A DNA stretch of 64,000 bases from contig CAZXWN010000004.1 of NCBI GenBank assembly GCA_964644695.1, forward strand, positions 62,001 through 126,000, read 5' to 3'. This stretch comes from an uncultured bacterium (GTDB taxonomy: Bacteria; UBP4; UBA4092). This document shows, piece after piece, positions 52,632-62,658 of this stretch (position 1 is the first letter of the stretch; each line of letters begins with the position of its first letter). The position numbers were made by a program, and so were the translations under genes. The notes under the pieces were generated by a model. It did not search any database, was not told the DNA's origin, and saw only the letters and a program-made list of their open reading frames with translations.

Positions 52632-55433
52632 TTAATACAAGGGGTCTGTTCCCGTTACGGCAATCAAGAAGGGTGATGCCAGTAGATAGTCACAAATGAA
52701 ATCAATGGAAACAATCTCACGGTCAGGCCGGGGGTTCTTCCAACTCATCTGGCGCAGATATACGGGTTGGCCGGTCGAGGTACAACCCTGAAATGCCAAT
52801 TGACCATTGAAATAACCCTGCAGGTCCTGCCATCCCGAAATATTGGTTCCGTAATATAACGGAATTTCGAGCGAAATCCCATCTTCAAAATTTACATGAT
52901 ATCGGCCCACCAATGTTTGTGGCGGTGCATTTAACAATGTCCCGTGGAGAAATTCTAAAGTATCCGTTTTCTTATTTACTTGAATATTTTCAATGATAAT
53001 GGGGCAATCCAATGTAATACCGCTTCCACGCAAGAAAATTCCGACAGGTTCATTACCCTTCTCGCTCAGCCGATAATGAACATCATTTATGGCGTGCAGG
53101 TCTCCCTTTTGCGTTGAGTTTACCAGGCAAGAAAGATCATTCCCAACACCGGCATTCATAAAACCTAACTGTCCATTATCTTGAAGTTTTATGTTGGCAT
53201 AGGGAGATAAATCTACTGCAAATCCAGACTGTTTCCGCTTCTTAAAAAGGTTGCCATAATAAAGTCGTCGCAAGATATTATCTGCATTGTACTCTGGATT
53301 CTTCCAGTCCCGATTTACAGGATTCCAGAACCAGTCCCCAGCTACAATATAGGATGCCATTTGATGAGGCTCTCTTTCTAACAGAGAAGCACTTCCATAA
53401 TACCCCGCCCATGTCGTGTGAAGCATTCCTTCACTACCCTTTTTGTAAGCCTGTTCACTAAACCGGGCAATGTTAGCCGGGTGATAAAAAGTTGAGCCCC
53501 AGATTTGCAGGCCTTTGTCCCGGTAAAAATCCACACTCGGTTGTGTTAAAGCCGGGTCATAGTGCCAGTCAGCTATTACCATATCCTTTGGTAGGGCATC
53601 CACATAAGGACGGTGATTATCCCGAAGGAAGATGTCACCCCACATGACCGGAGTGATTCCTCTGGCCTTCAGGAAATTGTAAACATACAGAGTGTCGCTA
53701 AAGTAGAGTTTCTCGATACCAACCGATTTACAAGTCTCATGATTCGGGAATTTTCCCGGATTGTCTATTTCATCATGACCAATATGGAAATACTTGGGAT
53801 TGTCGTATATATCAATAGCTTCTTTATACAAATCAAAGATGAAGTCGTAGGATTTGGTATCCATCGGGCAATATGCCCAGGGAGCGGAAGAATCCTCACA
53901 GAAATCAATGTTAGTGCTGTTATTCCGGAACATCCATTCTCCGTGCCCTAAGGATTGGACTAACGGATAGACTGCGATGTGCCGTTGTTTGGCCAGCTTC
54001 ACCAATTCTTTGATATGTTCTGGGGACACGGAATAGTTACAGAGGAGTTCCGTGTGACTCTTCCATGCCATTCCATGAGAAGACTCAAATATCAGAGTAT
54101 TAAATTTATAACGACTGAATATCTTCCGAATCATCCAGGCATGAGCAAGGGGAGACTCATTATCAATATGGACATGAGCTGCTCTTATTTTGAAGGCCGG
54201 TTTATCCCAAATATCTGCGCCTAACACCATGACTGATTTGTCAGCTTTGGCACGCATCAGCTGCTTGAGTGATTGGACACCATAATAGGTCCCATCCTCA
54301 TCCGAACCACCAATCAATATTTGTCGGGGCCGAACTGTTAAAACATACCCTTCCGGTCCCGGGGAAGATGAATCGACACTCTGGCCCAGTTCATTCAGCG
54401 CAGATTTTAAGGCGGGGAATTTATCGGCCTGACCTAAAACAATTGAATTTGTATAATTCTTCGGGGTATAAAGACTGTAGGTAATGATCGCTATGGAATC
54501 CAGTCCATATTCTTCATTCAGTTCCTCATTAATCTCATCAGCCGCACTCCGAATCCTTTCAGAAGCATTATCAGGAATGACAATCACTGTACGGGATCCT
54601 AATTCAAAAGGACTGGATTGCGGAACCAACTTCACGGGTTTGGGTATCACTACTAAAGGAGAAATGTATGGGTCATAAGCCGCAGGAAGAGGAATAGCTC
54701 TTCGTCCCTGTTCAGAAGTCTCCAATTGGCTCAATGATTTCTTAAGCCCAATAAATTTACCATCCAGGTCTATTCCCTCAAGAATCCCAAAACTATAGGG
54801 GGTATGGAATCCCAAAGGTGTCTTAGCCCAGGATGAAAACTGCCCCTGACCGCCTATCCATCGTTCCCGAAACAGGTTTATTCGCCAAAAAGCAGCATTC
54901 GTATTGGGGTCAACAATGGTAGAGAGTTTGATGCGAATCTCTACCGTCCAGGATTCGGATTGACGATTCGTTTTAACATTCCAGATAGGAAGGCGTTCAG
55001 GATATCGCGTATTTGAAGTGTATTTTACTCCATTACTATTTGATACCAGGTGGATATAGGATTCCGACTGCGGAGCTTCCTCACCCGAAAGCATAACTTC
55101 CACACAATCGTCCATGAAGACAGCACTATTTTCAGCAGTACATTTTGCAACCACATTCGCCATGTCTGATTCATGGCACTGAAATCCAATATATAGATAC
55201 TCACGGTCATACATTAACAAGGCAGAAGTGTTTTCTTTGAGAATTTCCCCCGTTTCATATTGACCCAAGGTAACTTCTCTGGCAGAACTCCACTCCGATG
55301 AGTCTAGAACCCCATCCAGTACCGGAGGGTTCTCCGTCCAACCCGGACTGACTCTGGGTAAATCTTGTGCAGCACTAACCCCCATACATAAAACAAACAA
55401 CAACCAGACCTTAAGGCCTCGTCCAACAAGCAT
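52632..55433 (-). CDS. Secreted CBM9-like + GH20 beta-N-acetylhexosaminidase, paralog 3
   Basis: Same architecture; HIGHDE; GAGGAG RBS before ATG 55433. Confidence 0.88.
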   Translation of the reverse strand: MLVGRGLKVWLLFVLCMGVSAAQDLPRVSPGWTENPPVLDGVLDSSEWSSAREVTLGQYETGEILKENTSALLMYDREYLYIGFQCHESDMANVVAKCTAENSAVFMDDCVEVMLSGEEAPQSESYIHLVSNSNGVKYTSNTRYPERLPIWNVKTNRQSESWTVEIRIKLSTIVDPNTNAAFWRINLFRERWIGGQGQFSSWAKTPLGFHTPYSFGILEGIDLDGKFIGLKKSLSQLETSEQGRRAIPLPAAYDPYISPLVVIPKPVKLVPQSSPFELGSRTVIVIPDNASERIRSAADEINEELNEEYGLDSIAIITYSLYTPKNYTNSIVLGQADKFPALKSALNELGQSVDSSSPGPEGYVLTVRPRQILIGGSDEDGTYYGVQSLKQLMRAKADKSVMVLGADIWDKPAFKIRAAHVHIDNESPLAHAWMIRKIFSRYKFNTLIFESSHGMAWKSHTELLCNYSVSPEHIKELVKLAKQRHIAVYPLVQSLGHGEWMFRNNSTNIDFCEDSSAPWAYCPMDTKSYDFIFDLYKEAIDIYDNPKYFHIGHDEIDNPGKFPNHETCKSVGIEKLYFSDTLYVYNFLKARGITPVMWGDIFLRDNHRPYVDALPKDMVIADWHYDPALTQPSVDFYRDKGLQIWGSTFYHPANIARFSEQAYKKGSEGMLHTTWAGYYGSASLLEREPHQMASYIVAGDWFWNPVNRDWKNPEYNADNILRRLYYGNLFKKRKQSGFAVDLSPYANIKLQDNGQLGFMNAGVGNDLSCLVNSTQKGDLHAINDVHYRLSEKGNEPVGIFLRGSGITLDCPIIIENIQVNKKTDTLEFLHGTLLNAPPQTLVGRYHVNFEDGISLEIPLYYGTNISGWQDLQGYFNGQLAFQGCTSTGQPVYLRQMSWKNPRPDREIVSIDFICDYLLASPFLIAVTGTDPLY

Positions 55434-55519
55434 ATAGGTACTCTCCTCTGACAAGAAAACAATACAACAAGGTGTTAAAGTGTATGCCAATTGATATCAG
55501 CATTATACACTATAAAAAA

Positions 55520-58297
55520 TCAATACATCGCTCCTGTTACAGCGAATAGAAATGGTGCTGCATCAGGAGATACCACTTGCACAGATAAATTCGATATCAC
55601 TTTATCCGGATTTGGATTAACCCAAATAAATTGAGATAGGTAAACCGGTTTGTCATAATCATTGGTTCCAGCCCACGACAAACCACCCTTGTAATAAGTA
55701 GATAACTCATTCCATCCCGGACAATTCCGCCCAGCAACGTCACAGGTAACTACTGACTTATCTATATATTGTACCTTATATTTCAAAACTGAAGTAGAGG
55801 AAGATACGCCAATTAGTGCTCCCTGAAGAAAATGAAGCGCCTTTGCTTTCCGATTTACGGGAATAGCACTTATCTCCCGGGGAAATTGCTTCATAATATC
55901 AGGACCTTGCAACAATATAGCCGAGGGCATACCTATTACTTCTGAAATATGGTAAAAAACACCATCAAGCCCCTGCAACACATGTCGTATACCTTGCTGA
56001 TCCACCATCTTCGTCAGTTCAAATCCCGGCAAGCCAGAGCCCGTTACCGGAAGATTTGCATAAGGTGCCAAATTCAAAACAAATCCAGACTGCGTTCTGG
56101 GTGTACTGTCCTGCCCAAACCATATCTTCCGTAACAGGTTATCGGGATTATAAGATAAATTCCAAACATCACGGTTCACTGGATTCCACCAGATGTCAGC
56201 CGCTCCGATATATCCGGCAACCTGCTCTGGAGCACGTTGTACAATCGTTGAATTTTTGTCATAACCCGCCCAAGTCGTCTGCATCATCCCAAGACACCCA
56301 ATACGGTGTGAATAATTGGCAAATCGATTGTAATTATCAGGTCTGTACCATGTTCCGCCTATTACCGGAAAACCCAGTTTCATATACATTTCATTTGTGG
56401 GCTGTTCATTTTCATAGGTGTAATGCCAGTCCGCAATCATAATATCTTTGGGCAAGGCCTTCAGATACTTTTCATACCCTTCTCTGCGGAAGATATCACC
56501 CCATATCATCGTTTTGATGCCGCGAGTCGAGAGGTAATTATAAGTAATCATGGTGTCGGCATAATACAGTGCCTGATTGGATACGGCTTTACACCAGGGG
56601 TGATTTGCATACTTACCGTTGAATGTGTATTCATCATGCCCAATATGAATGGTCTTGGGATGGTTGAAGTAGTCAATGACCTCATCATAAATCGAGAAAA
56701 TAAAGTCATAGGACCGCGGGTCCAACGCACAGTATGCGTAGGGATACGGGGACGCATCCTCACAGAATTCCAAATTAGTACGGACACTTCGTCCTGTGGA
56801 ATCCTTGGTAGAGAACATCCATTCGCCATGGCCCGGGTGGTTGATCAAAGGCACCACTTCAATAAAATTGTCATTGGCATAAGCCACCAATTCCCGAACT
56901 TCGTCGGGCTTCATGGCATAAGGTTTTACAATTTCGGGATGACTCTTCCAGGCAACGCCATGTTCTGCTTCCATCACCAGCTGGTTATATTTGTAACGGG
57001 CGAAAATGTCTCGAATCATCTTCTTATGTACAGTGGGTGAATCCCTATCCAGAAGGATGTGACAGGAGCGCACCTTGAATCCCGGCTGGTCCCAGACCTG
57101 AGCCCCCTTCAGTTTCCATACCTTCTCTTCCTGAGCCACTAACTGACGGAGTGACTGGGCGCCATAAAAGATACCCGGTCCATCTGTGCCAAGAACAACC
57201 GCCAGACTCGACTTGACGGAGAGGGTATAACCTTCCGGACCAGGAGCAGAATCGCCACTATATCCAAGGGATATCCATTTATCACCACGGCTCCGCTCAG
57301 CAAAGATGATGCAGTTCTGTAAGGGAGCACCAGACAATTCGGACAGCGTAAGAATCGGGAGCGTAAGACCACTACCCCGCTCTGTTAATTCTTCATTGAT
57401 GACCTGCGCCGCCTTTTTTTCACCATAACTGGGATAATCCGGCAATACGATTTTAGTTCCGGAGTTAATATTCATGTTCCACGGAGTAAGTTTCATCGCC
57501 ACGGGTTTAGGAATAATATCTAACGGCATTTCATAGGGAGCAATAGCGGTCTTCAAATCCATAACAGATTTGATAGAACCGGCATCCCTGTGGACCGGAG
57601 TAACGGGTTTACTGCGTCCAATAAATTCACCATCAATATCTATCCCGGATAACCGGCCAAAACACCATGGAGAATGAAAATATCCCGGCGTTGTCGCCCA
57701 TGAGGTCAATTCATGTTGGGGCAGCCGCATCCGCATCAAATTTATGCGCCAATATTCCATATCCCGCAGCGGGTCTTTGAGGTCTTTGAGAGCAACCGAA
57801 AACTCTGCAGTCCAGGATTTACCCTGCCTGTCGCCGGCACATTGGAAGTCAGGACGTCGCGGGCGGTCCAGATAATTGCACCAATACCCTGCACCCAGAG
57901 CATTGATAGCAAAATGGAAGTAGTTATAAGATGTCGCGCTTTGATAGGGTGCAATCATCAACTGCACACAATCATCGTCATAGACATCTGCATTTTCAAA
58001 GGTTGCACCTAAGTGGAGTTTATCCATAAAGGGTTCTTCACAACGGAACCCTACATACAACCGTTCATTGTCATACATCAGGTAGGCATCTGTTTTCGCA
58101 TGGGCGGGCTGCCCGGACGATGTCTGCACAAAAGTAACATGGGCAGCATTATCCCACTCACCCGGTGTAAGTTTTCCATCCATCTTCGGAGGCACCGAAG
58201 TAAAAACAGGTTTCACCTCCGGCACATCCGCCGCAAACACAGACACAGCGGTAACAACACCAAACACAAATCCAACCAGTACACTTTTAACCTGCAT
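55520..58297 (-). CDS. Secreted CBM9-like + GH20 beta-N-acetylhexosaminidase, paralog 2
   Basis: Same architecture; HIGHDE; signal peptide ending VFA. Confidence 0.88.
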   Translation of the reverse strand: MQVKSVLVGFVFGVVTAVSVFAADVPEVKPVFTSVPPKMDGKLTPGEWDNAAHVTFVQTSSGQPAHAKTDAYLMYDNERLYVGFRCEEPFMDKLHLGATFENADVYDDDCVQLMIAPYQSATSYNYFHFAINALGAGYWCNYLDRPRRPDFQCAGDRQGKSWTAEFSVALKDLKDPLRDMEYWRINLMRMRLPQHELTSWATTPGYFHSPWCFGRLSGIDIDGEFIGRSKPVTPVHRDAGSIKSVMDLKTAIAPYEMPLDIIPKPVAMKLTPWNMNINSGTKIVLPDYPSYGEKKAAQVINEELTERGSGLTLPILTLSELSGAPLQNCIIFAERSRGDKWISLGYSGDSAPGPEGYTLSVKSSLAVVLGTDGPGIFYGAQSLRQLVAQEEKVWKLKGAQVWDQPGFKVRSCHILLDRDSPTVHKKMIRDIFARYKYNQLVMEAEHGVAWKSHPEIVKPYAMKPDEVRELVAYANDNFIEVVPLINHPGHGEWMFSTKDSTGRSVRTNLEFCEDASPYPYAYCALDPRSYDFIFSIYDEVIDYFNHPKTIHIGHDEYTFNGKYANHPWCKAVSNQALYYADTMITYNYLSTRGIKTMIWGDIFRREGYEKYLKALPKDIMIADWHYTYENEQPTNEMYMKLGFPVIGGTWYRPDNYNRFANYSHRIGCLGMMQTTWAGYDKNSTIVQRAPEQVAGYIGAADIWWNPVNRDVWNLSYNPDNLLRKIWFGQDSTPRTQSGFVLNLAPYANLPVTGSGLPGFELTKMVDQQGIRHVLQGLDGVFYHISEVIGMPSAILLQGPDIMKQFPREISAIPVNRKAKALHFLQGALIGVSSSTSVLKYKVQYIDKSVVTCDVAGRNCPGWNELSTYYKGGLSWAGTNDYDKPVYLSQFIWVNPNPDKVISNLSVQVVSPDAAPFLFAVTGAMY

Positions 58298-58366
58298 GAT
58301 AAAACCTTTCAAAGGATATAAATCCCTCTACGGTTCCCTGACAAATAACAAAGAAATACTATATGT

Positions 58367-61225
58367 TTATTCAGCGCCAGTTATAGCCATCAGTAACAGA
58401 CTGACTGGATTCCCTGTCTGTTCCATATCAATGGACTGAATTGTTTTCTCAGGATGTGGATTGCTCCAGTTGTATTTCTTCAAATAGACTGGGGATCCAT
58501 TTCCTTTTTTAATCAAGTTTAATAATTCAGTCTTGTGGAAACGCATTGGAGCCTGCAGGTACACCGGCTGACCCGTCCGGGTATTACCAGACCAGACGAA
58601 ATTACCGGAGGAATACTGGCCTCCATCCTGCCAGGCAGACAAATTCACACCATACACGATAGGAATCACAATGTTGGTTCCATCAGTATATTTGATAGTG
58701 TATCGGCCTACGGTTGAACCTGTGGGGGTGGAATACAGGCAAGTGTGCAGGAAATTCAGCGATGAGGCTTTCCGATTGATGGCGATGTTCTTCACCTGAG
58801 TGGGGAAGGAGTTGCTGATTCCACTACCCTGTAGCAGGACACCGACCGGAGTTCCATTCATTGTTGTGAATTTATAGGTGACACCATCCAACAGCTGTGT
58901 CTTACCCGGAGCGGTCAACAGCGACAGGTCATAACCAGGTTTCACCTGGAGGAATCCACGCTTCGCAGAATCATCGGACAGGGTAATATTGGCAACAGAG
59001 GACAGGTTAACACTAAACCCTTTTCTCAGGGGTTTGTCAGCAGCCATCTGATACCACTGGCGATACAGAATAGTGAAAGGTTCATAACCCAGATTGTTAA
59101 TATCACGGTCCACTGGGTTCCAGAAATAATCGCCGGCAATAATATAGGCCGCAATCTGGCTGGGATATTTCTCAACCAGGACATCATTATTGTTGTAGCC
59201 GGGCCAGGTGGTCTGCATCATACCCAGAATTTTGTTTTGATGTCCATATTCAGCAAATCTGGAGATATTGGTTGGGATATCCCAGGTACCGCCGATGATG
59301 GGCAGATTGTATTCTTTATATGTCGTTACGGACGGATATTCAAAATTGGGGGAATACCGCCAGTCAACAATCACCAGATCTTTGGGGATTCCATTCAGAT
59401 ATTTCACATAGTTTTTTGTGGCCAGGACATCGCCCCACATCATGGTTTTGATACCTTTGGACTTCAGGTAATTGTAAAGCTTGATGGTATCCATGAAATA
59501 GAGTCCACCGGCACCAATAGCTTTGCATTCCTCATGAGACGGGAAGTGTCCGCGCATTTCGACTTCATCATGGCCAATATGGAGATACTGGGGATGGTCA
59601 AAAACATCAATGGCTTCATCAAACAGGGCAAAGATGAAATCATAGGATTTCTTGTTCAGAGGACAATAGGCATAATGAGAGGCCGTCTCTTCACAGAAGT
59701 CTTCATTCATCCATGTCCGGGTTTTCTGCCAGGTCGTATTACTGAACATCCATTCACCATGACCGAGAGACTGAACCATGGGGACCATATCCAAAAACAG
59801 GCTCTTTCCATATTTGACCAGTTCTCGAACTTCCTCTTGGTTGGCGGCGAAGGGTTTATTGATTTCAGGATGGCTCTTGAACTGAAGACCATTTTCCAGT
59901 TCTACAACGACCTGATTATATTTGTACCGGGCAATAAGGTCCCGGAACTGACGGCGATGAATCTTGGGAGAATTGTTGTCCAGAATAATATGGACTGAAC
60001 GGACCTTGAAGGTGGGTTCATCATCAATATTGGCACCTTTGATAACGAGCTTTTTGGCAGTGCCACGGATGAGCTGTTTCAAGGACTGGGAACCATAGAA
60101 GGTACCCCGTTCGTCACTACCGGCAACAACGATAGTATCCGGGAAACTCCGGAGGATATATCCTTCAGCACCCGGCATCTTGACTTTGTAATTATCACCA
60201 AGGGCTTTCATGGTGAGAGTTTTCTTGGCTTCACCCAGGACGATGGTATTCTTCAAATCAACTTTAAGAACATCGTCCACTTTGACGATGGGTAATGCAC
60301 TAAAACCGAAGTACTCTATCAGTTCTTCATTAATTCCCTGGGCGGCGATTTCTTCACCATGAGAGGGTTTGTTCGGGATCAGTATCCGTGTTTCAGGAGT
60401 AATCACAAAATCCGTTCCGGTCATTGTGATGGATTTCGGGAGAGGAATCACATGAACGGGTAAATCCAGGGGGCTGGTCGCAGTGGCTAAGGAATAGACT
60501 GCTGTCTTATCGCCTTTAACTTTGAGGGGGGATAAGACGGACCGTAATCCAATAAACTTTCCATTCCGGTCCAGACCGGTCAGACGACCGAAGACTTGTG
60601 GATTATGGAAGGGGCCTTTGGTGGGGATCCAGCTGGTGTATTCCGGAGGAGTTCCCTGTCTTTCACGCATCAGGTTGATTCTCCAGAAGGCCGCATTCTC
60701 ATTGGGGTCCACAATAGAATCGAGTTTGATGGCCATTTCGATGGTCCACTGGTCGGCAAATTTACCCACCGCAGACTTAATGACCGGGTTCCGATCAGGA
60801 TATTTCAAATCAGAAGCATAGACATAATTATTGGCATTAATGCCGATATGAACGTAGTTTCCTTCTGAGGCAGACTCAGCGGAAGCGATCATGATTTCCG
60901 CCACATCATCCAGGAATATCAGGTCGTCATCACAAGTGGCTTTTGCATAGATATTCTTGATATCTGATTCAAAGCAACGGTAGGCGATGTAGAGATTATC
61001 ATCATCACAGGTCAGATAAACAGTCGTTTTATGGGGAGCGGGTGTTCCGTCCATGTGTTTATTCAATTGAACGGAAACGGCATTTTTCCATTCCGCATCA
61101 CTGAGTACACCATCCAAAACAGGAGGAGTATTAACTCGGGTGGGTTTCAAAGTTGGAACTTGTGAATACCCCCAGACAGACAACATCGATACGGCAACAA
61201 TAAAAAGTAGAATCCTTTTTCCCAT
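58367..61225 (-). CDS. Secreted CBM9-like + GH20 beta-N-acetylhexosaminidase, paralog 1
   Basis: Same architecture; HIGHDE; signal peptide. Confidence 0.88.
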   Translation of the reverse strand: MGKRILLFIVAVSMLSVWGYSQVPTLKPTRVNTPPVLDGVLSDAEWKNAVSVQLNKHMDGTPAPHKTTVYLTCDDDNLYIAYRCFESDIKNIYAKATCDDDLIFLDDVAEIMIASAESASEGNYVHIGINANNYVYASDLKYPDRNPVIKSAVGKFADQWTIEMAIKLDSIVDPNENAAFWRINLMRERQGTPPEYTSWIPTKGPFHNPQVFGRLTGLDRNGKFIGLRSVLSPLKVKGDKTAVYSLATATSPLDLPVHVIPLPKSITMTGTDFVITPETRILIPNKPSHGEEIAAQGINEELIEYFGFSALPIVKVDDVLKVDLKNTIVLGEAKKTLTMKALGDNYKVKMPGAEGYILRSFPDTIVVAGSDERGTFYGSQSLKQLIRGTAKKLVIKGANIDDEPTFKVRSVHIILDNNSPKIHRRQFRDLIARYKYNQVVVELENGLQFKSHPEINKPFAANQEEVRELVKYGKSLFLDMVPMVQSLGHGEWMFSNTTWQKTRTWMNEDFCEETASHYAYCPLNKKSYDFIFALFDEAIDVFDHPQYLHIGHDEVEMRGHFPSHEECKAIGAGGLYFMDTIKLYNYLKSKGIKTMMWGDVLATKNYVKYLNGIPKDLVIVDWRYSPNFEYPSVTTYKEYNLPIIGGTWDIPTNISRFAEYGHQNKILGMMQTTWPGYNNNDVLVEKYPSQIAAYIIAGDYFWNPVDRDINNLGYEPFTILYRQWYQMAADKPLRKGFSVNLSSVANITLSDDSAKRGFLQVKPGYDLSLLTAPGKTQLLDGVTYKFTTMNGTPVGVLLQGSGISNSFPTQVKNIAINRKASSLNFLHTCLYSTPTGSTVGRYTIKYTDGTNIVIPIVYGVNLSAWQDGGQYSSGNFVWSGNTRTGQPVYLQAPMRFHKTELLNLIKKGNGSPVYLKKYNWSNPHPEKTIQSIDMEQTGNPVSLLLMAITGAE

Positions 61226-61433
61226 GATCCTGATTTCCTTCCAATCCGAAATTATCAAACCCTTAGAAATAGCAATTCACCTAATATTCTAACCTTGATA
61301 GAGAGTCTCGTGTGTATTAAATCTTTGTGTAACCGGTTTAACCTGCAAAAATATTTTCACTTACATACAAATCGCCCTTGTTTTTTGGGCTTTTCCCCTG
61401 AATTTCGGCAATATTTCAATACTGTTGAACTGA

Positions 61434-61478
61434 CGAATCATCCACGGACCTGCTCCGAGCTGCTCCGTGACTTCTTCG
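61434..61478. repeat. 45-bp palindromic intergenic repeat, copy 5
   Basis: cgaatcatccacggacctgctccgagctgctccgtgacttcttcg. Confidence 0.88.
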
Positions 61479-61545
61479 TTCAGAAAATACAGATAATACT
61501 AGGGTGATTTCCTCGTTTTTAGGGGGTGAAAGGCTTTTCAGAGCG

Positions 61546-61725
61546 ATAGGTCCTATACGACCTATGAGTCCTATAAGTCCTATGAAATCAGCAACTATGG
61601 CTCTGCTCTGGGTCTTGTTTTTGGCTCTCCGTCTTTTCCATGAGGGGTGGCAGTCTTCAGCGAGATTATTAGCCCTTCCCTATTCCTATCGGACCCATAG
61701 GACCTATGAGACCTATTGGACCTAT
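61546..61725. repeat. Two clusters of 9-bp CCTAT-core tandem repeats about 100 bp apart
   Basis: 61546-61585: ataggtcct atacgacct atgagtcct ataagtcct atga; 61685-61725: cctatcgga cccatagga cctatgaga cctattgga cctat. Confidence 0.8.
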
Positions 61726-61766
61726 TTTCCAGTTTCAGCCGGGGTGGTTAGAACTTGAATAATTTA

Positions 61767-62618
61767 TTAGGTGAGGCTGTTGGCAAGCCGGGCAAAATCA
61801 GACATGGAGAGCTGTTCCCCCCGGGCATCCGGTGATATGTTCAGTTCGCGTAATCGAGCAACAAAAGCATCCTTCTCCAAACCACGAGTAAACGCAAACG
61901 AGGCCATGGCATTAGAGATTTTCTTTCGACGCTGACCAAACCCCGCTTTAATGGTATTAAAGAATACCTTTTCATTGGTTACCGGGACGGGTGGAGTTGT
62001 GTGCCGTGCCAATCGAAGAACAGTCGAATCCACTTCGGGAGCGGGGAAGAAGGCCTTCCGAGGGACATCTGCGACCCGTTCCACCTGACACCGATATTGA
62101 ACAGACAGAGTCAGAACTCCATAATCCTTATTGTCGGGTACGGCCATAATTCGGTCCGCAACTTCCCGTTGTATCATGATGACAATAGACTCAAACGGAA
62201 CTTCCGTCTCAATAAGTTTCATCAAAATGGGAGTGGTGATGTAATAAGGCAGGTTGCCGACAATCTTAAAGGGTCTTCCGGGGAAATTATTCACGAAAGG
62301 CATCAAGTCCATTTCCAATATGTCACCTAATATATAGGCAATATTTCCATATTGGGATAGACGGCGTTTGGCGAGAGATTGGACTTCACGGTCGATTTCT
62401 ACGGTGATGACATTCCCTGCCTGGTGGGCCAGTCCTTCCGTCAGTTGTCCGGTGCCGGTCCCAATCTCAAAAACCACATCGTCTTTGGTTGGATTTACGG
62501 CATCCACGATCTGTGCCAATGACTTCTCATCTGTCAGTAACGATTGGCCCAGACCCTTTTTTAATCGGACTTTACTTTTTTGGAGGGACTTTATTAATTC
62601 ATGATTGGATTGCGGCAT
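61767..62618 (-). CDS. rsmA: 16S rRNA m6,2A1518/1519 dimethyltransferase
   Basis: KKGLGQ, EIGTGTG, VEID, VGNLPYYITTP, MIQREVA, FFPAPEVDS, QRRKK. Confidence 0.96.
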   Translation of the reverse strand: MPQSNHELIKSLQKSKVRLKKGLGQSLLTDEKSLAQIVDAVNPTKDDVVFEIGTGTGQLTEGLAHQAGNVITVEIDREVQSLAKRRLSQYGNIAYILGDILEMDLMPFVNNFPGRPFKIVGNLPYYITTPILMKLIETEVPFESIVIMIQREVADRIMAVPDNKDYGVLTLSVQYRCQVERVADVPRKAFFPAPEVDSTVLRLARHTTPPVPVTNEKVFFNTIKAGFGQRRKKISNAMASFAFTRGLEKDAFVARLRELNISPDARGEQLSMSDFARLANSLT

Positions 62619-62658
62619 AAGTAATATCTATTATCGCATAGATGCTAATGCAATCTAT

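Noticed and set aside
59237-59998. Long antisense ORFs within the GH20, atp, carA and other genes
   Set aside because: They lie opposite well-supported genes and have no motifs; codon-bias shadows
61504-61758. 84-aa plus-strand ORF (AIGPIRPMSPISPM...)
   Set aside because: Its periodicity is a by-product of the 9-bp DNA repeats; no RBS or recognisable domain
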